Origin: a virus
Strand: one strand, 5' to 3'
Length of the DNA stretch: 64,000 nt
Virus record (IMG/VR): IMGVR_UViG_3300049617_000306
This document shows positions 1 through 9,628 of the stretch, piece by piece. The notes beneath the pieces are model-generated. The model worked only from the letters and a program-made list of their open reading frames with translations, had not been told where the DNA came from and searched no databases. The position numbers were made by a program, and so were the translations under genes. The stretch's first letter is position 1. Every line of letters begins with the position of its first letter.

Positions 1-528
1 AGACGCTGCATCATGCTCACGCGAAGCCGCGGCTAAAGCCAGAGTGGCTTCCTCGACTCGGCGCTTGCATTCCTTGACCTGGTCCTCGGTGAGCGTGGCG
101 TAGACCCTGGCGTCCTTGAGCTCCTTGAACAGTCTGTCCATGCGCTGCTCAAGGGTCTCAGTGCGGGCCTCGTCTTCCTCTATGAGGGCCCTGCGGACTG
201 CCTCGAGATCGGCGTGAACGCTGAGCTGCTCGCTCGATGGCGGCGATGGCGGCGCTGCTGCCGCGTCGTTGTCTGCTGCGCGCGGCTCCTGCCGGCTTCG
301 GGCCTCGGCCTTCGACGGCACGGGCCAGATGAACCCACCCCGCTTCAGGTCTCGGATGTTGTTCATGTAGGCGTGCGGATCGTCGCTCATGCTGATGACG
401 ATGATGGGCTTCGTCTTGTCGGGCGGCACTGCTTTGAAGTGCCCCCGATTCGTCTGCTCGACCGTCCAGCCCTGGTCGTCCAGCGCGCTGAAGATCTCTT
501 TGTACTGCTTGGCCCCTGTACTCGACAT
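1..528 (-). CDS. HicA-like (dsRBD-fold mRNA interferase) domain fused to a coiled-coil region; runs off the window edge
   Basis: Not in the ORF track. Manual translation gives MSSTGAKQYKEIFSALDDQGWTVEQTNRGHFKAVPPDKTKPIIVISMSDDPHAYMNNIRDLKRGGF, matching the phage HicA-like pattern (L...GW.V..T..GH). GGGAG SD and GGCATAAG motif lie upstream. Confidence 0.6.
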   Translation of the reverse strand, partial: MSSTGAKQYKEIFSALDDQGWTVEQTNRGHFKAVPPDKTKPIIVISMSDDPHAYMNNIRDLKRGGFIWPVPSKAEARSRQEPRAADNDAAAAPPSPPSSEQLSVHADLEAVRRALIEEDEARTETLEQRMDRLFKELKDARVYATLTEDQVKECKRRVEEATLALAAASREHDAAS

Positions 529-546
529 GGTAGGTCTCCCATTGTT

Positions 547-554
547 CTTATGCC
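547..554 (-). promoter_or_regulatory. GGNATAAG promoter-like motif (GGCATAAG)
   Basis: Recurrent intergenic motif just upstream of SD and ATG. Confidence 0.6.
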
Positions 555-572
555 CGAACGGGCATTGTACTT

Positions 573-1436
573 CTACTTCTTCAAGAGGCTAACGTGAAGT
601 GGCCCACGCAACGGCTCCTTCACGTGAACAGAACAAGGACGCTTGGTGTGCATGAGCCACACGAAGTCGGTCCTTGAGATGCTGACGTGTACCGCGCAGC
701 CGCAGCGCAGCTCGGCGTCGCGAGAACCCTTGTGCCCTTTAAAAAGACCAGGCTTACAGCCGATCTTCTTGTACCGTCCGGTTAGTGCCTTGTTGTTGCC
801 CGCGTGCATGTACCTGCTGTTGCCAGGCCCGTACGTGCGCACATACATCAGTCGCCGCTCGAACAGGCGCAGGGTCTTGGCTGAAGGCGTAGGCGGTGGC
901 TCCTCCACGGGCGGTACTAGGTCCTCGGGCGCAAGGCGCGGCGGCCTGTCGATGAAGCGCAGGCCGTGCGTGCGGTCGAAGTCTTTCAAGTTGGACAGCA
1001 CCCGCTGGGCGACTTCCTCATCCGTGAGGTCGAGCTTGCGGCCTGAAACAAGGAAGTCCGCCGTGGACGTGCTCCCGAGGGCGAGGAAGCAGCCCACCAG
1101 TCGTCGTAGGCGGAACGTGCCGAGGGCGAGCAGGCCCTCGACCGTTCCAGGAGCCTCGCGAAGGCCCACGAACTGGAGCACTGCATGCACCGCCTCGGCA
1201 ATCTCCCGGTGCTTGGCGTGACGGATGTTCGAGGGCGGATCGTAGACCTGCAGGTCGTAGGCGATGCAGTGCAGCTTGTAGGAGTCTAGCTTGCAGAGCT
1301 CCTCAAGGCTGGCCGGCACATACCAGCAGAACCTTGTGACAGGTACAGGTACAGGCTCACCCAGCATGAGAGCCTCAATGGCGCGTACTTTACGCAGGGT
1401 CTTGCTGAGGCGCTTGTGCTTCTTCTTTTTGCCCAT
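573..1436 (-). CDS. hypothetical protein, 287 aa, Lys-rich N-terminus
   Basis: ORF track, operon context. Confidence 0.7.
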   Translation of the reverse strand: MGKKKKHKRLSKTLRKVRAIEALMLGEPVPVPVTRFCWYVPASLEELCKLDSYKLHCIAYDLQVYDPPSNIRHAKHREIAEAVHAVLQFVGLREAPGTVEGLLALGTFRLRRLVGCFLALGSTSTADFLVSGRKLDLTDEEVAQRVLSNLKDFDRTHGLRFIDRPPRLAPEDLVPPVEEPPPTPSAKTLRLFERRLMYVRTYGPGNSRYMHAGNNKALTGRYKKIGCKPGLFKGHKGSRDAELRCGCAVHVSISRTDFVWLMHTKRPCSVHVKEPLRGPLHVSLLKK

Positions 1437-1566
1437 GCCCCTTCTCCTGGTCTCGCCGCGCTTTAGTCTCCGCGCACTCGAAGATGCCTTGGCGCCGGGC
1501 TTCTACTTCTCGTTCCTTGAGCGTCCCGCGTAGTAGGCGCGTCTCAAGCTCCGTCAGGTACGGCAT
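1390..1566 (-). CDS. hypothetical protein (MPYLTELE...)
   Basis: Start overlaps the upstream stop; GGAG SD. Confidence 0.55.
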   Translation of the reverse strand: MPYLTELETRLLRGTLKEREVEARRQGIFECAETKARRDQEKGHGQKEEAQAPQQDPA

Positions 1567-1976
1567 CACTTCTCCGGTCTCGGGCAGTGGCCACAACGGA
1601 ACCCTCCAGCGGGGTGAGCCCAGACGGCCCTCGCTCCGCAAAGGTCGCAGAGCACATCGATGCGCTTCCACGTCGGCTTTGGCGGCTTGAGGGTCTTCTT
1701 GTACTCCTGCACCGTCATCACCGTCGCGTAGCTAGGGCCAAAGAACCTTAGGAAGGCTACCCTGCACGCGTCGCAAAGGGACATGCTGCCCTTCTGGCCG
1801 TCTTTGCCGGGCTTGTTCTCGATGGCCACGCAGGAAGCTCCGTGGTAGCAGCGGACCATCTCCGGGCGACCACCGATGGTCATGAATGAGTGGCCGTTGG
1901 AGCTCTCGGCTTGGCAGCGCTCCAAGTCCGGCGGTGTCAGCGGCTTCGGCTTCTTGCCTTTTCTTGCCTTGGTCAT
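1566..1976 (-). CDS. hypothetical Cys-rich (Zn-binding) protein
   Basis: Several CxxC pairs; ATGA coupling to the upstream gene. Confidence 0.65.
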   Translation of the reverse strand: MTKARKGKKPKPLTPPDLERCQAESSNGHSFMTIGGRPEMVRCYHGASCVAIENKPGKDGQKGSMSLCDACRVAFLRFFGPSYATVMTVQEYKKTLKPPKPTWKRIDVLCDLCGARAVWAHPAGGFRCGHCPRPEK

Positions 1977-2164
1977 TTCGTGAACGCCTTTCGCCAATCC
2001 GCGGGGGCGAAGCCACCCTTCGTCAACCACTCGTCGAGCGCGTCGAAGGCGGCGGCTAGGTCGCTTGCAAGCTCGGCCTGCTCGTCGTATGGCATCGCCC
2101 CATCGTCCTCGAGCAACTTGGCGGTAGCTTCCCGCGCTACGCGCAGAGCTTCATCAGGGTCCAT
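1973..2164 (-). CDS. small phage protein (MDPDEAL...LDEWLTKGGFAPADW)
   Basis: Strong AAGGAG SD; resembles a small family seen in actinophages. Confidence 0.7.
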   Translation of the reverse strand: MDPDEALRVAREATAKLLEDDGAMPYDEQAELASDLAAAFDALDEWLTKGGFAPADWRKAFTK

Positions 2165-2203
2165 CTACTGCTCCTTCTGGTGGCAGATACTCCTGCCAGT
2201 TCT

Positions 2204-2211
2204 CTTATACC
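2204..2211 (-). promoter_or_regulatory. GGNATAAG motif (GGTATAAG) followed by a short hairpin
   Basis: Motif, then TGGCAG/CTGCCA hairpin, then SD. Confidence 0.6.
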
Positions 2212-2252
2212 GCTCGAGCTAGCGGTTCTTCCGCCCCAGGGAGCAGCCTCGA

Positions 2253-2537
2253 CTACTCGTCCTCTTCGTCGTGGGCGCAGTTGTCGTCGTGCGGATGGCC
2301 GCGCATGTCGGCGCTGACGTGGATGCCTCCGTCGTCCAGCACCTTCACTGCGGCGGGGGTGCCGTCCTTCTTCAGCCGGGAAGCCGGACGACGGTTGAGC
2401 ACCTCCATCTGACGGCGCTGACGGCGGTTGCCGACCTTGAGGGCCGGGGTCTGGGCCTGCACCTGGGCGGTGACCCGCTCCCGGTGGACGGCTCGCTCGA
2501 TGTGGTTGTTGAGAGCCCTAGCTCGGTACGACTTCAT
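2253..2537 (-). CDS. hypothetical basic protein, 94 aa
   Basis: ORF track, GC3-rich codons. Confidence 0.65.
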   Translation of the reverse strand: MKSYRARALNNHIERAVHRERVTAQVQAQTPALKVGNRRQRRQMEVLNRRPASRLKKDGTPAAVKVLDDGGIHVSADMRGHPHDDNCAHDEEDE

Positions 2538-2576
2538 GCACCCAGAACTACAACCGCGATGTAGCTATTGCAAGTA

Positions 2577-5500
2577 CTACTGGTTGCCAGAACCAGTACT
2601 TCCAGTCGTCAGGCCGTAGTTCGAGGGCTCGCCTGCATCCGCCGGCGGGTCCACCTGCGGTCCCTGAATGACCTCGCTCACGGCGTTCGCGCTGTATTCC
2701 AGGTCCGGGCTCGCCGTCTGCCCTGTCATCTGCGAGGTCTGCGTCTCGGCGCGGTTGACCTTGCGCACAGGCAGGTCGTTGGTGGCGACGGCGCGCGTGG
2801 CAACCTGGAAGGCGCCCGCGTAGCTCGCCGTCTCGTTGGTCATGCCGAAGAAGGTGGCAAAGTCGCCACCCAGCAGCGTGTCGATGGCTGCATCCGCGCC
2901 CTTCTGGGTGTACGTCGCGATGAGGGTGTCGATGGCAGGCACGGGCTCGATGGTGAAGGTCTTGAGGATGCTCTGCAGCGCCTGGGTGGGGTCGTTCAGC
3001 TGCGCCTGGGCCTGCGCCGTGGTCAGGTACTGGTAGATGTCGTTGATGCCCTGCACTGCCGCCCCCACCTGCTCCGCCGTCGGGTTCGAGCCCACGAGAA
3101 GAGGGTTGATGAGCGCGTTGAGGTTCTGGAAGTACAAGGCCTGGTTCTCGGCGAGGTCGAGCCAGGTCTCGAGCGCCGCCTGCACCGTCGTGAAGTTGTT
3201 CAGGATGCCGTAGCGCAGACGAGCGAAGGGCACGGGCTGCGGCGTGAACTGCCAGCTGGCGTTATTCGGCGGGTAGGTCCCAGCCACGGGATCGGCATCC
3301 ACCTGGATGACGTTGAGGCTCGTGATGACCTGCACGATCTCGTAGCTGAAGCTCGGCGTCGTGAAGTCCGTGGGGTAGTACTCGAGCAGGTCGCCCGCCT
3401 GTAGCCCGGCCGGAATGGAGGGCAGCAGAAACCACTGCGAGGTACCCAGCTGCGTCTTGGGGGAGCTCGAGAAGAAGGTCGGGGCAGCGTTGCCCCCGAT
3501 GACCAGCTTGCTGCTAGTGGTCGTGCTCTTGGACGAGAGCGTGAGGTACATCCCGCCGATGCTGGCGGCCATCGTGATGGGATTGGTGGTCGGACTGACT
3601 GGCGAGCGCACCATGGGCAGCGCCTGCTGAATGAGCACGTCGATGGCCGTCGCACCCTTGCCCGTCACGGTGTAGGTGCCGTTGTTCGGCCCACCCGTGA
3701 TGGTCACGATCTGGTACTTCGCCGCGTTGACGGTGGGCCCGAACTCGGCGGTGATGAGGGTGCCGTTGGCCAGCGCCCCCGTAGTGGTGCACCCAATGGT
3801 GTCCCCCACCGCCACCGCATGGTCCGTCAGGGCCTGGCCGTTGATGGTGCTGATGATGTAGCCCAGCACCCCGTTGGGCCCCGAGCGCAGAGCCAGCGTG
3901 TCCCCCACCGAGATGCTGCCCGCCGTGGTGACGCTCGTGATGGTGAAGGTGAGCTCCATGCCCACGTAGCTGGTGCTGCCGACGACCGCAGCCTCCATGA
4001 AGACCACGAGGTTCGGGTTGGTCACGTCCCCGTGCGCAGTAGCGATGGGACCGATGGGCGTTGTAACAACCGTGCCAGCCGTTACGAGGCCGGTCTTGCT
4101 GTTGATGTCGGCCGCCACGAGGTCGGGCGTCGTCTTGCTGCACGAGCTCGTAGCCCCCGCAGTCATGCCCAGCGTGGTCAGGCAGGCTGCGCTCACGGCA
4201 TCGGGGCCCACCACGCTCAGCGTGGTCTCGGCAGGCACCTGCGTGGAGGCGTTGGTGCAGAGGAGCTTCACGCGCCTGCTCGCCGGCCCGATCTCCACAA
4301 CCGCCCCCGTCTGCGCGAACGTGGTGCCTGCGACCGTGATGGAGCTCGCCGTGACCGCGGTGATGTAGAAGATGCCGTTGGAGGCCGGTCCGCCCACCGA
4401 GTTCACCCCGCTCATGACCTGCGCAGTGTCGGTGGTGAGCACGCCAAGGGCCAGCAGGTCGCTCGCCCCGGGTACCGTGAGCGTCCAGGTCTGGTTCACG
4501 CCCGCGGGGATGGCCATCGAGCTGTTGAAGCGCAGAGGGGAGTAGTACGCCTCCCCCTCCACGCCCGCGGGCGCAACCGCGGTGATGGCAGCAGCCACGG
4601 CATCCGCCGTTGTAGTGCCGCCTGCGCTGCCCGGGGTCGACTGGTGCAGGGTGAAGCCCAGAAGCGTGTTGGCCGTGCCATTGCCCACCAGAAGCGCAGC
4701 GCTCGTGCCCACTGCAGTCGTCGTAGCCACCAGATGCACGCCCACCTGGGAGAACACTACGGGGTTGGGCGCCACGTTGAAGACGCCGTTGAGGGCCGCG
4801 ATGAGCGCGGCGGCGTTGGCCAGAGCCGAGAGAGTGGCGCTGCCTACGGTCACCCCATTGGCCGTGAGCACGAAGGTCGTCCCGTTGAGGGTGCCACCAC
4901 CGCCGTACAACCCCGCGGCTGTGATGTCGGTGGTGCCCGTGAGCACCGCAGCGGTGGCACCCGTAGTGATGGGCAGCGTGGCCGTGTACAGCGTGCCGTT
5001 GACCATGAACTTGAAGAGGTTGTTGTTCGGGATGGCCGCGCCACCGCCCAGAACAGGCGCCGTACCGTTGCCGAAGACGAAGCTCGAGTCACTGGCCTGC
5101 CCGTCAATCTCGGCGAGCGACGAGGCGTTGAGGATGATGTCCACGCCCGCCGCGCCATCCACGGCCAGGTTGAGGTCATCGCTCACGCCCGTGACGATGG
5201 AGTAGGAGCCGCCGAAGTCCGCGGTCACCGTGGCGGGCGTGGCTGCATGATTCACGTCCGAGTACGCAGAACCAAGCCCGATGAGCGCGTAGAAGTCCGT
5301 CGGGCCCGAGAACACCCCGTAGGTGTCGATGACCGCCTGGGTGGCCAGAAGGTTGAGCACCACCGAGCGAACAGAAACCAGCCTCTCGGTGGGCGTCATC
5401 GCGGCCAGCGTAGTGGCGTCGTTACCCACGAGCTCACCCGCAGCGGACAGCACGCTCGAGATGACCACGCTCGGCAGGTTCACGCTGTTGTAGTTCACGA

Positions 5501-6086
5501 TGCCGTTGACCAGCGCGAGCACCGAAGCCACGAGCGCGGTGTGCGCAGTCTGCAGCTGGGTCATCAGCCCAGGGATGGCGGCCACGGCCTGCTGCGGGGT
5601 CTGCACGATGTTGCCGCCCTGCTTCACCGCCTGGCCTGGCCCGTTCAAGAACGTGGTGAGGTTGCTCTTGTACTGCTGGTACGCCGGCGCGGTGGTCACG
5701 TTGGTGAATACACCGGCGCGAGCAGTAGCCGCGGTGCCCAGGTTCTGTAGCGCGCTCTGGATGTTGAAGAGCGGGCTCACATCCGCCACGGGCTGTACCG
5801 AGCGGCTCATCACGCCCACCGCAGCAAGTAGCTGCTGGAAGATGGCATCCTCCGCAGTGATCTGGTCCTGCACACGACTCATGCCGAGCTGCAGAACGTA
5901 GAAAGGGGAGCTTGGGTACAAGATGAAGATTCCAGCCGCTGCCTGCTGGATGTCGTCGAACGTTACATCTGTGCGACGAACACCGAGGGTGTCATAAGGA
6001 AAGGAAATGGTGCTCTGCACCAGCTGGGTCACGACCGCATTGATCTCGTCGGTCGTGTAGTTCGAGTTGGGCACGGGCTGCGTCAT
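2577..6086 (-). CDS. large virion structural protein (tail/baseplate-associated), 1169 aa
   Basis: Thr/Gly/Ala/Val-rich beta-type repeats between helical termini; very low charge; TAGACT -10-like box upstream. Confidence 0.7.
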   Translation of the reverse strand: MTQPVPNSNYTTDEINAVVTQLVQSTISFPYDTLGVRRTDVTFDDIQQAAAGIFILYPSSPFYVLQLGMSRVQDQITAEDAIFQQLLAAVGVMSRSVQPVADVSPLFNIQSALQNLGTAATARAGVFTNVTTAPAYQQYKSNLTTFLNGPGQAVKQGGNIVQTPQQAVAAIPGLMTQLQTAHTALVASVLALVNGIVNYNSVNLPSVVISSVLSAAGELVGNDATTLAAMTPTERLVSVRSVVLNLLATQAVIDTYGVFSGPTDFYALIGLGSAYSDVNHAATPATVTADFGGSYSIVTGVSDDLNLAVDGAAGVDIILNASSLAEIDGQASDSSFVFGNGTAPVLGGGAAIPNNNLFKFMVNGTLYTATLPITTGATAAVLTGTTDITAAGLYGGGGTLNGTTFVLTANGVTVGSATLSALANAAALIAALNGVFNVAPNPVVFSQVGVHLVATTTAVGTSAALLVGNGTANTLLGFTLHQSTPGSAGGTTTADAVAAAITAVAPAGVEGEAYYSPLRFNSSMAIPAGVNQTWTLTVPGASDLLALGVLTTDTAQVMSGVNSVGGPASNGIFYITAVTASSITVAGTTFAQTGAVVEIGPASRRVKLLCTNASTQVPAETTLSVVGPDAVSAACLTTLGMTAGATSSCSKTTPDLVAADINSKTGLVTAGTVVTTPIGPIATAHGDVTNPNLVVFMEAAVVGSTSYVGMELTFTITSVTTAGSISVGDTLALRSGPNGVLGYIISTINGQALTDHAVAVGDTIGCTTTGALANGTLITAEFGPTVNAAKYQIVTITGGPNNGTYTVTGKGATAIDVLIQQALPMVRSPVSPTTNPITMAASIGGMYLTLSSKSTTTSSKLVIGGNAAPTFFSSSPKTQLGTSQWFLLPSIPAGLQAGDLLEYYPTDFTTPSFSYEIVQVITSLNVIQVDADPVAGTYPPNNASWQFTPQPVPFARLRYGILNNFTTVQAALETWLDLAENQALYFQNLNALINPLLVGSNPTAEQVGAAVQGINDIYQYLTTAQAQAQLNDPTQALQSILKTFTIEPVPAIDTLIATYTQKGADAAIDTLLGGDFATFFGMTNETASYAGAFQVATRAVATNDLPVRKVNRAETQTSQMTGQTASPDLEYSANAVSEVIQGPQVDPPADAGEPSNYGLTTGSTGSGNQ

Positions 6087-6112
6087 GCGCCCTCGAGTCT
6101 ACTACCCCGGGA

Positions 6113-6148
6113 GCTAAAGAACAGAGCGCAGGCCGAAGCCCACGCCCC
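6113..6148 (-). terminator. hairpin (UUCG loop) + pyrimidine tract + TAGC
   Basis: GGGGCGTGGGC-TTCG-GCCTGCGCTCT-GTTCTTTAGC. Confidence 0.7.
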
Positions 6149-6165
6149 ATTCTCGTTCAGGACCG

Positions 6166-6239
6166 ACCCCTGGGCCGGTGCGGGATGATGGCGAGCATGC
6201 ACCGCCGACCATCCGGCTTCACGTGGGGCCCTTAGGGGT
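6166..6239 (-). ncRNA. candidate structured RNA (rod with central bubble)
   Basis: Nested helices ACCCCU/AGGGGU, GGGCC/GGCCC, GGAUGGU/AUCAUCC, GGCGG/UCGCC in a ~150-nt non-coding gap. Confidence 0.35.
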
Positions 6240-6266
6240 GATAGGCAGGTTTCGGGTTGTAGACGC

Positions 6267-6545
6267 TCACTTGAGCGCGTCCTCGACCACGTTGTAGACG
6301 TCAGCGAAGGCCATCGGGCCGCCCATGACGAACCGCTGACGGTTCGCTGGGCTCATCATCTCGCGAATGTCCGTCAGAGCGATCTGCCATCCGTGGGCGC
6401 AAGCCGCGCAATACCAGCTCGTGACGCCTGGCAGGTTCTTGTCGAGCGCGAGTGCGTGTGGCCAGACTCCCGGATCGCCCGCGAGGCCATTACACCGGCG
6501 CCCGCACTGCGCACAGGGCTGGTCGTGTCCGTCTGCGTTGCTCAT
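6267..6545 (-). CDS. hypothetical Zn-finger protein
   Basis: CAQC...CAAC; AAGG SD. Confidence 0.65.
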   Translation of the reverse strand: MSNADGHDQPCAQCGRRCNGLAGDPGVWPHALALDKNLPGVTSWYCAACAHGWQIALTDIREMMSPANRQRFVMGGPMAFADVYNVVEDALK

Positions 6546-6763
6546 CTCGTCACCTTTCCTTCGCGTCCTTCGCCAACGGGCGCAGCGGAGGTGCGGCGTT
6601 CGCAACAGTACGCCGCGAACGCAGCGTCGTAGGCCTTATGCACCTGCCTTCGACCTCTTCTGCAGCTCGATGGTGATGTCGTCGAGGCTGCCCACGAGAG
6701 TGAAAATAACCAGGGGAGACTTCTTGTGGTGGGCCAGCCAGCGGATCTCGCCGATGATGCCCT

Positions 6764-7408
6764 TCAGGCGCTGGACGACGTAGCCCCCGACCTCAAAGGA
6801 GGCGGCTCCCCGGGTAGGTACAGGAGACCATCGTCGGTCGTCAGTACCTTGCTCGTGCCCGTCAGCCACCACAACTGGCTGGTCACCCTGTTCTTGTTGC
6901 GCTCGTTCAGCTCCTCCCCCATCGCCCTGCACACGTGCTTCTTCAGCTCCACCCGAGTCATAGGACCCAGGTTCTTCAGCACGTTGAGGATGGTCTGGGT
7001 TCGGTTCGGACGTCCGTTCCGGCTCTGATGGGCCGGAGGGGCGGCAAAAGGGCCCGGCGGCCCCACCTCCTCGGGGGGCGCGCTGGAAGTGACCTCGTTG
7101 TTCGCCGTGGCCCTCAACGAGCTCACGGCGGGAGTGGGCGGTCCGCTCTCCTCGAGCTCCTCCACCGGGCCGCCACCGCACTTCTGCGCCGGAGGCGCAT
7201 GAGTAGACACTGCCGCCCCTTGCGACAAGAAAGAGTAGGCAGGGGGCACGGGGGTAGCTTGTCGGATCTTGCGCACGACGTCGAGCAGCAGCTGGCAGGC
7301 CTGTTCGGGCTCGAGACGGGAGACCGCGCGCAGCACGTCTGCTTCGGTCTCCAGGTCAAAGACGAGAGAGTCGATGGTCTTCACGAAGAGCAGTCTACCT
7401 CCTGTCAC
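6764..7408 (-). CDS. hypothetical protein, possible C-terminal winged-helix DNA-binding domain
   Basis: TILNVLKNLGPMTRVELKK...VTSQLWWL pattern. Confidence 0.5.
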   Translation of the reverse strand: MTGGRLLFVKTIDSLVFDLETEADVLRAVSRLEPEQACQLLLDVVRKIRQATPVPPAYSFLSQGAAVSTHAPPAQKCGGGPVEELEESGPPTPAVSSLRATANNEVTSSAPPEEVGPPGPFAAPPAHQSRNGRPNRTQTILNVLKNLGPMTRVELKKHVCRAMGEELNERNKNRVTSQLWWLTGTSKVLTTDDGLLYLPGEPPPLRSGATSSSA

Positions 7409-7413
7409 ACTTC

Positions 7414-7602
7414 CTAGCTGCGCCTGTGCAGCACCTTGGCCGGGGCGTAGGCCGTGATGAACTCAGTGCCATCCTGTACGTCGGTGGACTGGTCGTCCTG
7501 GAGCATGATGCACTCCTTGGGCCTGCCGTCGGGCCAGCGCCCCACGATCTTCAAGACGATGATGCGGTACTCCTCACCACGAATCGTGCGTGTCTTGCTC
7601 AT
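7414..7602 (-). CDS. hypothetical protein
   Basis: ORF track, operon spacing. Confidence 0.65.
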   Translation of the reverse strand: MSKTRTIRGEEYRIIVLKIVGRWPDGRPKECIMLQDDQSTDVQDGTEFITAYAPAKVLHRRS

Positions 7603-7611
7603 GGAGTAGTC

Positions 7612-7794
7612 CTAGCGGATGTACTGCTGGATGGCAGTCGTGCCGTGCAAGATGGCGCCTTCTGCAAGACCAACCCAGAAGTCAGGGTCGTTCTTGCTGT
7701 TGCGGGTCAACGCGAGCCACTGGACTTGGTACAGGCCTGCGCCTGCGAGCTGGATATGGAAACGCATGCGAGGCAGCTCCTCATCGGTCCACAT
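7612..7794 (-). CDS. hypothetical protein
   Basis: ORF track. Confidence 0.55.
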   Translation of the reverse strand: MWTDEELPRMRFHIQLAGAGLYQVQWLALTRNSKNDPDFWVGLAEGAILHGTTAIQQYIR

Positions 7795-8012
7795 GTATGA
7801 GCCGAAGACAACAAGTCCCCTCTTTTCGAGATCGGTCCATTGTTCGCGCGTGACGTGCAGGTGCCGTAACTATGTGCGATAGTTTTGTTGTGCATCCTGC
7901 CCGAGGCGTCGTTGAAGTACCAGATGCCCGTGCCGGGCTCGCAGGTCGCGCAAGCGCGCAGCAGTAGCTCCTCGGGCTCAGTACTCTCGCCCTGGGGGAC
8001 TAGAGTCACGTC

Positions 8013-8144
8013 TCAGCTCTTGTACTTCTTCGGCCAGAAGAGCCACACGGTCAGGCCAATGAAGACCAGGATGAGCAGCGTAAGAATCTGAGTAGCGGAT
8101 AGAGCACTGGTGCTCGCGTCCGTAGGGTCGATGAACGGGTGCAT
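8013..8144 (-). CDS. small single-TM membrane protein, 43 aa
   Basis: MHPFIDPTDASTSALSATQILTLLILVFIGLTVWLFWPKKYKS; below the track cutoff. Confidence 0.55.
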   Translation of the reverse strand: MHPFIDPTDASTSALSATQILTLLILVFIGLTVWLFWPKKYKS

Positions 8145-8150
8145 GTTCTC

Positions 8151-8258
8151 TCAGGGGTTGATGTTACCGCGCTGCAAGCTACGCCTTCTCTCGACCACGA
8201 GGCCCAGCGTAACCCACAGAACCTTGGCGATCAGAGCAAGAACGAGTGGGGTGTACAT
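8151..8258 (-). CDS. small membrane peptide, 35 aa
   Basis: MYTPLVLALIAKVLWVTLGLVVERRRSLQRGNINP. Confidence 0.45.
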   Translation of the reverse strand: MYTPLVLALIAKVLWVTLGLVVERRRSLQRGNINP

Positions 8259-8278
8259 GGCGTCCAGGCCTCTTGCAG

Positions 8279-8482
8279 CTAAAACATCTTCTCGATGTAC
8301 TTGCGCCATGCCGCGGCTCTGCACCGCTGCTCAGCTTCCTCCAGCACGTCACTCAGTCGCTTGTTGGTCATGCTCTGCGCTACGTAGTCGGCCAGGATGG
8401 CACCACTGAGCTGCACCTGCAGCAAGGCGGCCGCGCCAACCGCACGCTCGAGGGGCCGCCCAGGCGTAGCCGTACCAAACAT
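8279..8482 (-). CDS. hypothetical protein (3' part of the long shadow ORF)
   Basis: MFGTATPGRPLERAV...; fits the minus-strand operon. Confidence 0.5.
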   Translation of the reverse strand: MFGTATPGRPLERAVGAAALLQVQLSGAILADYVAQSMTNKRLSDVLEEAEQRCRAAAWRKYIEKMF

Positions 8483-8614
8483 CCGCCAGATTCGCTGTCG
8501 CACGCAACAAGAATCGCGTGATGACCTCCTTCTGCTGTGATACGTACAAGAACAACGCGGCCGCCCACGGTGAGCGGTCTTGAAAGCCCGGCCCTGCGCC
8601 GAGAGGCCCACGAG

Positions 8615-9601
8615 ATGCACCTCGCAGACCACATCCAGCATCACGACCTGCGTTCCGACAACACGCTGCATGTCATCGGCGTGCTCGCCAACCCCGCCCG
8701 GTACCACTCTCGCTACCGCCTGGCACGTGAGTGGATGGAGCACATGAGCATGACCCCGAACGTGCAGCTCCACGTGGTGGAGAGCGCGTTCGGCGACCGC
8801 TACCACGAGGTGCTCGACGGCTGCGACAGCGTGCTCAAACTGAGGACCTCGTCCGAGATCTGGACGAAGGAGAACATGATCAACCTCGGCGTGCGGCATC
8901 TGCTGCCCGTCAACTGGAAGTACGTCGCGTGGGTGGACATGGACATCCACTTCCGCGACTACAACTGGGCGCAAGAGACGATGCAGATCTTGCAGCACTG
9001 GCCCGTCATCCAGCCCTGGATGCAGTGCGCAGACCTGGGCTTCCGGGGTGACATCCGCGACGTCAACCAGAGCTTCGCGTACCTGCGCCACTACGGCAAG
9101 ATCCCCGAGCACCACTCCAAACACCGGATGCACGACGGTTACCCGTACGGCAAGTTCACCTACGGCCACACCGGCTACGCCTGGGCGTGCACGCGCGCCT
9201 TCTTCGAAGCGGTGGGTGGGCTCATGGACTGGTGCATCCTCGGCAGCGCCGACCACCACATGGCCTGGGCCTGCGTGGGCAAGGTGGACGACACCATCAA
9301 CGGCAACATGGGCCCGGCCTTCTTCCGCAAGGCCCACGAGTGGCAGGCCCGCGCGGTGCGCGCTTGCCACAAGCACGTGAGCTTCGCCAACGGTCGCATC
9401 GAGCACAACTTCCACGGGAGCAAGACCAAGCGCGGCTACCAGAGCCGCTGGAAGCTCCTCGTCGACCACAAGTACAACCCCGACGCGGATCTCACGTACG
9501 ACGCCCAGGGTATGATTCAACTCGTCGGGAAGCCGGACCTCGAGCAGGCCATCAAGCTCTACAACCGCAGCCGCAGCGAAGACTCCATCGAAGACGGGTG
9601 A
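8615..9601 (+). CDS. putative GT-A-fold glycosyltransferase-like protein
   Basis: KENMINLGV...WKYVAWVDMDIHF (DxD after a beta strand); resembles a family seen in large DNA viruses; GAGG SD. Confidence 0.55.
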   Translation: MHLADHIQHHDLRSDNTLHVIGVLANPARYHSRYRLAREWMEHMSMTPNVQLHVVESAFGDRYHEVLDGCDSVLKLRTSSEIWTKENMINLGVRHLLPVNWKYVAWVDMDIHFRDYNWAQETMQILQHWPVIQPWMQCADLGFRGDIRDVNQSFAYLRHYGKIPEHHSKHRMHDGYPYGKFTYGHTGYAWACTRAFFEAVGGLMDWCILGSADHHMAWACVGKVDDTINGNMGPAFFRKAHEWQARAVRACHKHVSFANGRIEHNFHGSKTKRGYQSRWKLLVDHKYNPDADLTYDAQGMIQLVGKPDLEQAIKLYNRSRSEDSIEDG

Positions 9602-9628
9602 CCGCCGGGGCTGGTACACCAGTCGGTC

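Noticed and set aside
3819-5750. 643-aa plus-strand ORF and similar long antisense ORFs (e.g. 8279-9619, 16152-17468, 49560-50864)
   Set aside because: Shadow ORFs produced by high GC3 on the opposite coding strand; Arg/Gly-rich with no SD.
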